DNA from: an uncultured delta proteobacterium
GTDB lineage: Bacteria > Myxococcota_A > UBA9160 > SMWR01
Direction of reading: 5' to 3'
Assembly: GCA_963832165.1 (NCBI GenBank)
Contig: CAWHTE010000011.1
Coordinates: 864,001 to 928,000, forward strand
DNA length: 64,000 bases
The notes under the pieces were generated by a model that made no database searches, was not told where the DNA came from, and saw only the letters and a program-made list of their open reading frames with translations. Each line of letters opens with the position of its first letter. Position 1 is the first letter of the stretch. This document shows, in pieces, positions 56,207 through 64,000 of the stretch. A program made the translations under genes and the position numbers.

Positions 56207-58870
56207 ATGAGCGCCGAGAAGCCGAAGGTCGTCCACCGCCGCGACTATCGAGCCCCGGACTATCGCGTGGACAGCGTCGAGCTCGACTTCGACCTGCGCG
56301 AAGACGAGACGCTCGTGCGCGCGCGACTCGCGATGCACCGCGAGCCGGTCGCGCTCGGCGACGTTCCGCCGCTCGTGCTCGCGGGGCACGAGCTCGAGAC
56401 GCTCTCGGTCGCGATCGATGGCCGGACGCTGGGCGAGCGCGAGGTGGCGATCGGCGAGGAATCGCTCGAGATCGCCGCGCCGCCCGAGCGCTTCACGCTC
56501 GACACCCTGGTGCGGATCCACCCCGAGCGCAACACCGCACTCTCGGGCCTCTACCGCAGCAGCGGCAACTTCTGCACCCAGTGCGAGGCGCACGGCTTTC
56601 GCCGGATCACCTGGTTCCTCGACCGACCCGATGTGATGGCGCGTTATGCGGTCCGGATCGAGGCCGATCGCGAGCGCTACCCCGTTCTGCTCTCGAACGG
56701 CAACCGGATCGCAGAGGAGAGCGCCGCGGGCGGGCGCCACGCGGTGCGCTGGCGCGACCCGTCGCCGAAGCCCTCGTATCTGTTCGCGCTGGTCGCGGGC
56801 AACCTGCACTGCCACGCGGGGACCTACACGACGCGCTCCGGGCGCACGGTGCGGCTCGAGATCTGGGTCGAGCCCCAGAACGCGGACCGCTGCGAGCACG
56901 CGCTGCGCTCGCTCGAGCGCGCGATGCGCTGGGACGAGGAGGTATTCGGCCTCGAGTACGAGCTCGACGTGTACATGATCGTTGCGGTGGGCGACTTCAA
57001 CATGGGCGCGATGGAGAACAAGGGCCTCAACATCTTCAACGCGAAGTACGTGCTCGCTGCGCCCGAGACCGCGACCGACGACGAATACGAGGCGATCGAG
57101 GCCGTGATCGGCCACGAGTACTTCCACAACTGGACCGGCAACCGCGTCACGTGCCGCGACTGGTTCCAGCTCACGCTCAAGGAAGGCCTCACGGTGTTTC
57201 GCGATCAGCAGTTCACCGCCGACCAGACTTCGGCGCCCGTGAAGCGGATCCGCGACGTGGTGGCGCTGCGCACGAACCAGTTTCCCGAAGATGCGGGGCC
57301 GATGTCGCATCCGATCCGCCCCGAGTCGTACATCTCGATGGACAACTTCTACACCTCGACGGTGTACGAGAAGGGCGCCGAGGTCGTGCGCCTCTACCAC
57401 ACGCTGTTCGGTGCCGACGGCTTCCGGCGCGGCATGGATCTCTACTTCGAGCGCCACGACGGGCAGGCGGTCACCTGCGACGATTTCCGCGCGGCTCTCG
57501 CCGACGCGAACGGCGCCGACCTCGCGCGCTTCGAGCGCTGGTACGCGCAGGCGGGCACGCCGCGGCTCGAGGCGCACGGGGAGTGGGACGCCGCGTCGCG
57601 CAGCTACTCGCTGCGCCTGTGCCAGTCGCTGCCGACGGCACCCGAGGGTTCTCCGCGCGACCCGATGCCGATCCCCGTGCGGATCGGCCTGCTCGGCGAG
57701 GACGGCCGCGACCTGCCGCTGCGCATCGCGGGCGAAGCGGGCGCGGGGACCACGACGCGCGTGCTCCTGCTCGAAGATCGCGAGGCCACGTTCCGCTTCG
57801 AGGGCATCGCCGCGAGGCCCGTACCGTCGCTCTTGCGGGGCTTCTCGGCGCCCGTGGTGCTCTCGATGCAGCGGACCCGCGCCGATCTCGCGTTCCTGTT
57901 CGCGCACGATTCCGATCCCGTCAGTCGCTGGGACGCGGGTCAGTCGCTCGCGCAGGAGCTCCTGCTCGAGCTCGCCGCCGACGCGGCTGCGGGACGGCCG
58001 CTCGTGCTCGACGCGGAGTTCGCGGTGGCGATCGGGCGCGTGCTCGACGATCCGGCGCTCGACGGATCGCTGCGCGCGCTCATGCTCGGGCTCCCGAATC
58101 TGCGCGTGCTCGGCGAAGCGATGAAGAGAATCGACTACGCGTCGCTGCACGCCGCGCGCGAGTTCACGCTGGCGGAGCTCGCGCGGGCGCATCGCGCGCG
58201 CTTCGAGGAGATCGCGCGCGAGCGCGCGGACGACCATCCGTACCGGAACGACCGCGCCGCGATCGACCGCCGCCGCATCCGAAACGCGGCGCTGCGCTAT
58301 CTCTCGATGCTCGGCGATCCCGGGGTCACCGCGCGGATCGAGCAGCAGTTCGAGCGCGCCGACAACATGACCGACCGCCAGGCCGCGCTGCAGATCCTCG
58401 TCGATCTGCCCGGTAGCACGCGCGAAGCGCCGCTCGCGCACTTCTACGAGCAGTGGCGCGGCGACCCGCTCGTGCTCGACAAGTGGTTCACGGTGCAGGC
58501 GCTGTCTACGCGCGCGGACACCTTCGACCGGGTCGCCGGGCTCGCGCGCCATCCCGACTTCACGCTCGCGAACCCGAACCGGCTGCGCGCGCTCGTCGCG
58601 AGCTTCGCGAGCGGAAACCCCGTGCGCTTCCACGCCGCGGACGGGCGCCCCTACGCGTTCCTGGGCGACGTCGTGCTCGAGCTCGACCCGCGCAACCCGC
58701 AGGTCGCGGCGCGCCTGGCCGGAAGCTTCGCGCCGTGGCGGCGCTTCCCGCCCGCGCAGCAGGCCGCGATGCGCGCACAGCTGGAGCGCATCGCTGCTGC
58801 GAAGCCGATCTCGAAGGATCTGTTCGAGATCGCGACGCGCGCGCTCGACGCACCGGAAGCGAAGGTATGA
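56207..58870 (+). CDS. pepN: Aminopeptidase N (M1)
   Basis: TQCEA.GFRRIT, GAMENKGLN, HEYFH, LKEG, NFYT.TVYEKGAE, NPNR.R. Confidence 0.97.
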   Translation: MSAEKPKVVHRRDYRAPDYRVDSVELDFDLREDETLVRARLAMHREPVALGDVPPLVLAGHELETLSVAIDGRTLGEREVAIGEESLEIAAPPERFTLDTLVRIHPERNTALSGLYRSSGNFCTQCEAHGFRRITWFLDRPDVMARYAVRIEADRERYPVLLSNGNRIAEESAAGGRHAVRWRDPSPKPSYLFALVAGNLHCHAGTYTTRSGRTVRLEIWVEPQNADRCEHALRSLERAMRWDEEVFGLEYELDVYMIVAVGDFNMGAMENKGLNIFNAKYVLAAPETATDDEYEAIEAVIGHEYFHNWTGNRVTCRDWFQLTLKEGLTVFRDQQFTADQTSAPVKRIRDVVALRTNQFPEDAGPMSHPIRPESYISMDNFYTSTVYEKGAEVVRLYHTLFGADGFRRGMDLYFERHDGQAVTCDDFRAALADANGADLARFERWYAQAGTPRLEAHGEWDAASRSYSLRLCQSLPTAPEGSPRDPMPIPVRIGLLGEDGRDLPLRIAGEAGAGTTTRVLLLEDREATFRFEGIAARPVPSLLRGFSAPVVLSMQRTRADLAFLFAHDSDPVSRWDAGQSLAQELLLELAADAAAGRPLVLDAEFAVAIGRVLDDPALDGSLRALMLGLPNLRVLGEAMKRIDYASLHAAREFTLAELARAHRARFEEIARERADDHPYRNDRAAIDRRRIRNAALRYLSMLGDPGVTARIEQQFERADNMTDRQAALQILVDLPGSTREAPLAHFYEQWRGDPLVLDKWFTVQALSTRADTFDRVAGLARHPDFTLANPNRLRALVASFASGNPVRFHAADGRPYAFLGDVVLELDPRNPQVAARLAGSFAPWRRFPPAQQAAMRAQLERIAAAKPISKDLFEIATRALDAPEAKV

Positions 58871-59592
58871 GGCGGTACCGCGCCGGGGTCGCGGCCCTCG
58901 CGTTCGCGTTCGCAGCGTGCGCGGGCGGGACCCCCGGCGATGCGGATCTCGGGCGCGTTCCGCCGTGCGGTTCGCTCGAGACGCTGCCGCCGCTGCCCGA
59001 TGCGAAGAGCTGCGGCGAGGCCGATCTGGGCGCGTTCGCGGCGGCGCTCGAGAACGCCGTCCGCCCCCATGCGGGTGACGCGCTCGTGCGCGCGCAGCTC
59101 GATGAATCCGCGCAGGTGCACGAGCTGTGTGTGGGGAGCGGGCGCGGCTACGCGCCGACGCGTGCGCGCCGGGAGCTCGCGCAGCATCTCGACGCGATCC
59201 GTGCATTGCCGGCCGGCCCTGCGTGCGCAGCGGGAAGACGGCTCGACCTGAACCGATACCAGGCCACGTGGGCGCAGGTGCATGCCCGAGAGACGCAATG
59301 CGACGAGCAGCGGCGCGTCTCGCTCGAGACGCGCGGGGATCTCCTTCACGGGCGCAGTCACTTCGACCACGAGTACGAGCGCTGCATGGAGTACGACGCC
59401 GATTGGATCGTGCTCGACATGCCGGGCTCGATGCGGCCCTGGATCTACGTGAAGCCGGAGATCCCCGATCCGCCGGGTCCGCGGGCCTCCGAAACCGCGA
59501 GCCGGTGCGAGCGCAAGTCGATGCGGGAAGAGAAGCAGGCCGCGTGCATCGAGTCCGAGGGATGGGAGCGCCTCGAACCGCCGCCGCGCTAG
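58867..59592 (+). CDS. Hypothetical Cys-rich lipoprotein (paralog 1)
   Basis: AFAAC lipobox; ATGA overlap with pepN; collinear with next gene. Confidence 0.75.
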   Translation: MRRYRAGVAALAFAFAACAGGTPGDADLGRVPPCGSLETLPPLPDAKSCGEADLGAFAAALENAVRPHAGDALVRAQLDESAQVHELCVGSGRGYAPTRARRELAQHLDAIRALPAGPACAAGRRLDLNRYQATWAQVHARETQCDEQRRVSLETRGDLLHGRSHFDHEYERCMEYDADWIVLDMPGSMRPWIYVKPEIPDPPGPRASETASRCERKSMREEKQAACIESEGWERLEPPPR

Positions 59593-59611
59593 CCCCCAGA
59601 GGGCTCGGAGA

Positions 59612-59627
59612 CGGCGCGGTGTTTGCA
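59612..59627 (+). promoter_or_regulatory. Possible sigma54 -24/-12 promoter
   Basis: CGGCGCG-GTGT-TTGCA with correct GG-N10-GC spacing, 47 bp before ATG 59675. Confidence 0.4.
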
Positions 59628-59674
59628 GTCTCTGTTCGGTGTCGCGTGATTCGCAGCCGAGGAGGGCAGGCGCC

Positions 59675-60358
59675 ATGGCGACGAGGCGATTTCTACAATC
59701 GGCAATTCTGGCGACCGGGTGGCTCGGCCTCTCGGCTTGCGTTTCTTCCACTCAGGAGGACGTGACGGTTCGGCCGTGCCCCGAGGAGGCGAGCCAGGCG
59801 CTCGTCGACGCGGCGGCGTGCGACGAGAGTGAGCTCTCCGAGTACACGGATGCGCTCTCCGAGCAGATCGTCGGGCGAAACACGCGGTCCCTCGTGCGCG
59901 TCGGGTTCGACGAGCAGGCGCGCGTGATTTCGGTGTGCGTCGACGAGCGTGTCGGCCGCGACGCGTGGAACGCGCGGCGGCGCGTCGCCGAGAATCTCGT
60001 CGAGATGGGCACGATCCCGTCCGGGCCGGCCTGCGTCGCAGGGAAACGCATCGATCTGAACCTCTACGAGGCGAAGCTCGCCGAGGCCAAGGACGCCCAG
60101 GCCATGTGCGGAGCGGTCATCAGTGACCGCATGAAGGCGATCGGATCGTGCGCGAAGTTCGAGTCCGATTGGATCCTCTACGATCGCGTCGGGGTGATGC
60201 GGCCCTATCTCTACGTGAAGTCGGAGATCGCGCAGCCCGTCGACAGCGCGCGCGATACGCTCACGCGCTGCGGCCGGACCGAATCGGGCTTCGAGGATCA
60301 GTCCGCCTGCATCATCGCGGACGGCTACGAGCTGATCACGCCGCCAGAGCGTTATTAG
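59675..60358 (+). CDS. Hypothetical Cys-rich lipoprotein (paralog 2)
   Basis: GLSAC lipobox; shares GPAC.AG.R.DLN.Y, DWI..D..G..RP..YVK.EI, Q.ACI...G.E with paralog 1. Confidence 0.75.
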   Translation: MATRRFLQSAILATGWLGLSACVSSTQEDVTVRPCPEEASQALVDAAACDESELSEYTDALSEQIVGRNTRSLVRVGFDEQARVISVCVDERVGRDAWNARRRVAENLVEMGTIPSGPACVAGKRIDLNLYEAKLAEAKDAQAMCGAVISDRMKAIGSCAKFESDWILYDRVGVMRPYLYVKSEIAQPVDSARDTLTRCGRTESGFEDQSACIIADGYELITPPERY

Positions 60359-61221
60359 ACGATCGTCCCGATCCGCGTGCCGAGCCGCAGCAGCGAGCCC
60401 GCCGGCTGCGGTGCAAGCTCGAGAACGCCCGGTGCCGCCGCGAGCACGAGCGTGGATCCGAACTCGAAGCGGCCCCACTCGGCGCCCTTCTCGAGCCGCG
60501 GCGGCGCGTCGTAGCGTCGCCAGCGCGGCGCGCGGTCGCGCATGTTGGTCGTGAGCGCGTCGAAAGCGACGTGCACCTTGCCGACCATGGTCGCGCCGAC
60601 CGCGACCAGCGCGAGCGATTCGCGTGCATCCCCCGCGCGCAGGCGCAGAAACGCGGCGATGCGCTCGTTCTCGGCGAACAGGCCCGGCACGCCTTCGAGG
60701 CCGATCCGGTTCACGGGCCAGAGGGATCCGGGCAGGTACACCGCTCGCGAGACGAATGCATCGCAGGGCGCGTGGAATCGGTGATAGTCGCGCGGCGCGA
60801 GATAGAAGGTCGCGAACCAGCCGCCCTCGAACGACTTCGCCAGCGCCTCGTCGCCGATCAGCGCGGCCAGTGAATAGGGGCGGCCCTTGAGCTGGAACAG
60901 CCGGCCGTCCGCGATGCGACCCGCCTCACCCCAGGCGCCGTCGCAGGGCGCCACGAGTGCAGCGGGGTCGGCATCGATCGAGCGTGCCTCCGGGCGCAGC
61001 GCACGCGTGAAGAAGTCCTGGAGCGAGGCGAACGAGTCGAGCGGGTCGCGCACCTCGTCGAGATCGGCGCCCACCGCGCGCGCGAACGCGCGCCACGCGG
61101 GCGCGCGCAGCGGCGCGGGCAGGTGAACGGCAGCGGCGCGGCCGGCCGCGCGCGACAGCGCGTGGACGGGGAGGCGGCGGAGCGCACCCAGCACGAGCGC
61201 GCGAGACGGAGAGCTCGGCAC
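60355..61221 (-). CDS. psd: Phosphatidylserine decarboxylase proenzyme
   Basis: FFTRAL, P.DG, YLAPRDYHRFH, FAENER, GATMVG, GRFEFGST cleavage motif. Confidence 0.93.
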   Translation of the reverse strand: MPSSPSRALVLGALRRLPVHALSRAAGRAAAVHLPAPLRAPAWRAFARAVGADLDEVRDPLDSFASLQDFFTRALRPEARSIDADPAALVAPCDGAWGEAGRIADGRLFQLKGRPYSLAALIGDEALAKSFEGGWFATFYLAPRDYHRFHAPCDAFVSRAVYLPGSLWPVNRIGLEGVPGLFAENERIAAFLRLRAGDARESLALVAVGATMVGKVHVAFDALTTNMRDRAPRWRRYDAPPRLEKGAEWGRFEFGSTLVLAAAPGVLELAPQPAGSLLRLGTRIGTIV

Positions 61222-61268
61222 GCGACGCAGGGTAGTCAGCGCGCCGGTCCTGGGCCACGATCCCGCGC

Positions 61269-62309
61269 GTGGGCACTGTGGGAATCCTCGCGAACCCGAT
61301 GGCCGGGCGCGACGTGCGTCGGCTCGCCGCACGCGCGAGCACCACGACGCTCGAGATCAAGCGCGATCAGGTCTCGCGCGCCGCGATCGGAGCCGCCGCG
61401 GGCGGCGCGAAGCGGCTGCTCGTGATCGCGGAGCCGTTCCGCATCTCGACCAGCGCAGTCGAGCACCTCGGCACGGGCGTCGAGATCGAAGTGCTCGACG
61501 TGGGCGCGGAGCTGCGGGCGGTGGACACGCAGCGCGCCGTGGCGCGCATGCGCGAGGCCGGCTGCGGTGCGCTCGTGGTGCTCGGAGGCGATGGAACCCA
61601 GCGCGTGGTGGCAAAGACCTGGCGCGACGCGCCGCTCGTGCCGCTCTCGACCGGCACGAACAACGTCTTTCCGCTCCACGTCGAGGCCACGGCGGCCGGG
61701 CTCGCCGCGGGCCTCGTCGCGTCGGCGCGGGTACCCCTCGCGGACGTGGCGCGGCCCGTCAAAGTGGTGAACGTGTCGATCGAGGGCGAGCCGCCCGACC
61801 TCGCGCTGATCGACGCAGCGCTCCTGGTCGACGACGCGGTCGGCAACTTCATGCCCTTCGATCCGAGCCGGCTGCGCCGTCTCGTGCTCGCGCGCGCGGA
61901 GCCCGCGGCGGTGGGCATGTCGCCGATCGGTGGCCTGCTGCACCCGTGCGGAGATCGCGACGAGTTCGGCGTGGCGGTGATATGCGGCGCGCACGACGAC
62001 GGCGGCCGCGCGCTGCTCGCGCCGATCTCGCCCGGGCTGTTCCGCACCGTACACGTGCTCGGCGTGCAGCGGATCGCGCTCGGCGAGGCGGTGACGCTGG
62101 AAGGGCCCGGCGTGCTCGCGTTCGACGGCGACCGCGAGCGCACGCTCGCGCCGGGTCAGCGCGCGACGCTCACCGTCTCGCGCGACGGCCCGCGCGTGAT
62201 CGACGTCGAAGCTGCGCTCGCGCGCGCCGCGCGCGACGGTGCGCTGGTCGGGCGCGCGCACTGGCACGATGCGTTCGACGACGCGTTTGGCGGCGTCGAT
62301 TGCTGCTAG
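61269..62309 (+). CDS. ATP-NAD kinase-like / AcoX-like protein
   Basis: ANPMAGRDVRRL, LGGDGT, STGTNNVFP, AFDGDRE. Confidence 0.82.
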   Translation: MGTVGILANPMAGRDVRRLAARASTTTLEIKRDQVSRAAIGAAAGGAKRLLVIAEPFRISTSAVEHLGTGVEIEVLDVGAELRAVDTQRAVARMREAGCGALVVLGGDGTQRVVAKTWRDAPLVPLSTGTNNVFPLHVEATAAGLAAGLVASARVPLADVARPVKVVNVSIEGEPPDLALIDAALLVDDAVGNFMPFDPSRLRRLVLARAEPAAVGMSPIGGLLHPCGDRDEFGVAVICGAHDDGGRALLAPISPGLFRTVHVLGVQRIALGEAVTLEGPGVLAFDGDRERTLAPGQRATLTVSRDGPRVIDVEAALARAARDGALVGRAHWHDAFDDAFGGVDCC

Positions 62310-62319
62310 CGTTCCGGCC

Positions 62320-62841
62320 GTGATCGATCTTTCGGCGCTCGCCGACATCGCAGACATCCTCGGCGGTCTCGCGATCGTGGGCGGCGGGATCTTTGCGGTC
62401 GTCCAGCTGCGCGAGTTTCGTGAGCAGCGGCGCCAGGCAGTGGCGGTGGAGCTCGTGCGCTCGTTCAGCGAGCCCGCCCACGCGGACGGGGTGAGCCTGA
62501 TCCGGGAGCTGCCCGACGGCGCATCCGCGGAGCTCTTGCGCTCGAAGGGCCGCGAGTACGAGCGCGCGGCGACCATGATCTCCATCACCTACGAGACGAT
62601 CGGACTGCTCGTGTTCCACGAGATGGCGTCGCTCGCGATGGTACGCGAGCTCACGGGTGGACTCACGGTCGTGATGTGGCGCAAGCTCGAACCGTGGGTG
62701 CAGGCGATCCGGCAAGAGCAGGGTCACCGCTCGTTCGCCGAGTGGTTCCAGTGGCTCGCCGAGCAGCTCGGGCGCGAGAACGCTGAGAAAGAGGCGCACC
62801 CGGCCCACGAGAGGTACGCGGATTGGCGACCGCGGCGCTGA
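62320..62841 (+). CDS. Hypothetical membrane-anchored protein (DUF4760-like)
   Basis: N-terminal TM followed by QL; YETIGLLV; W.KL.PW; EWFQWLA. Confidence 0.65.
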   Translation: MIDLSALADIADILGGLAIVGGGIFAVVQLREFREQRRQAVAVELVRSFSEPAHADGVSLIRELPDGASAELLRSKGREYERAATMISITYETIGLLVFHEMASLAMVRELTGGLTVVMWRKLEPWVQAIRQEQGHRSFAEWFQWLAEQLGRENAEKEAHPAHERYADWRPRR

Positions 62842-62844
62842 GCG

Positions 62845-63255
62845 TCAGCGCGGCGGCAGTACCATCTGCGTCTGCGTGACCAGCGCCACGAGCGCGTCGC
62901 CGGCCGTGATGCGCGTCTGCCACACCATCGTGCGCTTGCCGATGTGCAGCGGTGTGGCTTCACCGCGCAGCACCTTGCCCTCGGGCCCGCTCGCGAAGAA
63001 GTTGGTCTTGGACTCGATCGTGGTGGTGCTCGCGCCCTCGGGCAGATTGATGAACGTTCCGTAGGCCCCGAGCGTGTCGGCGAACGCCATCAGCACGCCG
63101 CCGTGCGCGCGCCCCGGGAGCGTGCAGAATTCAGTCCGCACGAGCAGCTCGGCCACTACGCGATCCTTCGCCGCCGAGACGAATCGCACGCCGAGCAGGC
63201 CCGGAAAGAAGCCCTCGGTGGTCTTCTGCAGCGATGCAGCCAGGTCGTCGCTCAT
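62845..63255 (-). CDS. PaaI family thioesterase
   Basis: HGGVLMAFADTLG, TTTIESKTNF, PLHIGKRTMVWQT. Confidence 0.92.
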   Translation of the reverse strand: MSDDLAASLQKTTEGFFPGLLGVRFVSAAKDRVVAELLVRTEFCTLPGRAHGGVLMAFADTLGAYGTFINLPEGASTTTIESKTNFFASGPEGKVLRGEATPLHIGKRTMVWQTRITAGDALVALVTQTQMVLPPR

Positions 63256-63296
63256 GGGTCCTCCGTGCGCAGTGCGCGTAGCGTACACTGCCGCGC

Positions 63297-64000
63297 GTGG
63301 CGGAAGCGGTCGAGCTCGAGACGCGCCGGATCGGCGCCGCGACGGTGTTGTTTGGACCGCGCGGCGGCAAGTATCCCGATGGGAACAGCCTGCTCGTGCG
63401 CGGTCCCGAGGCGAGCCTGATGATCGATCCCTCGCTGGGTCTCCTGCCGCGCCGCGATGCGCTGCCGCCCGTCGATCACGTGGTGCTCTCCCACTGCCAC
63501 GAGGACCACATCGCCGGGCTCTTCCTGTTCCCGGATGCCGCGTGCCACGTGCACGAGGCGGACCGGCTCGGCCTGCTCTCGCTCGAGGGCATGCTCGCGA
63601 TCTATGGCTTCTCCGAGCCGATCGAGGGGCCGTGGCGGCGCGCGCTGATCGAGCAGTTCCACTACGCGCCGCGTCCCGACGCGTGCGGCTTCGCGGAAGA
63701 GACCGTCTTCGAGCTCGGCGGTGGCGTGCGCGTGCGCGCGATCCCGGCGCCCGGCCACACGCGCGGCCACTGCGTGCTCTCCGTCGAGCCCGACGGCGCG
63801 CTCTATCTCGGCGACATCGACCTCTCGAGCTTTGGGCCCTACTACGGCGACGCGTGGTCGTCGCTCGATGATTTCGAGAAGAGCCTCGCGTTCGTGCGCG
63901 ATCTCGACGCGCGCGTGTGGATCACCTTCCACCACATCGGCGTGATCGACGACCGCGGCGCGTTTCTCGCGCGGCTCGACCGCTTTGCTGCGGTGATCCG
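63297..64000 (+). CDS. MBL-fold metallo-hydrolase, runs off window edge
   Basis: Manual translation (not in ORF track): GKYPDGNSLL, SHCHEDH, PGHTRGH, GDIDL, TFHH. Confidence 0.88.
   Translation, partial: MAEAVELETRRIGAATVLFGPRGGKYPDGNSLLVRGPEASLMIDPSLGLLPRRDALPPVDHVVLSHCHEDHIAGLFLFPDAACHVHEADRLGLLSLEGMLAIYGFSEPIEGPWRRALIEQFHYAPRPDACGFAEETVFELGGGVRVRAIPAPGHTRGHCVLSVEPDGALYLGDIDLSSFGPYYGDAWSSLDDFEKSLAFVRDLDARVWITFHHIGVIDDRGAFLARLDRFAAVI

Overview
GC-rich, gene-dense bacterial chromosome segment. Gene content suggests Myxococcota or a related deltaproteobacterial lineage (inference). Most genes are metabolic or envelope related: four luciferase-like (LLM) oxidoreductases, a P450, two SDRs, two VOC proteins, two DUF3604 paralogs, asnB, a MetX-family acyltransferase, carbonic anhydrase with a SulP transporter, hpnO/hpnA-like hopanoid genes, map, pepN and psd. 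A sigma54 two-component pair precedes a type IV pilus minor-pilin/PilY1 cluster that has a -24/-12 promoter. A large secreted protein combines an HExxH motif, a propeller, thrombospondin-3 repeats and three dockerin-like repeats. About eight single-base frame breaks interrupt otherwise intact genes and look like sequencing errors. No rRNA, tRNA, CRISPR array, prophage or reverse transcriptase was seen. The most interesting signals are non-coding or mobile. (i) A stand-alone Y1/HUH (RAYT-like) nuclease lies between long degenerate inverted flanks. (ii) A 49-bp palindrome-rich repeat occurs in two identical copies plus fragments, and is read in frame at protein C-termini (..RSEPKASED.., ..PKASEV..). 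(iii) Two adjacent, highly base-paired elements lie at 20965-21349. (iv) A duplicated GTAAG-N5-CTTAC palindrome brackets an arsR-SRPBCC pair. All calls come from reading the sequence and motifs; no database search was run.
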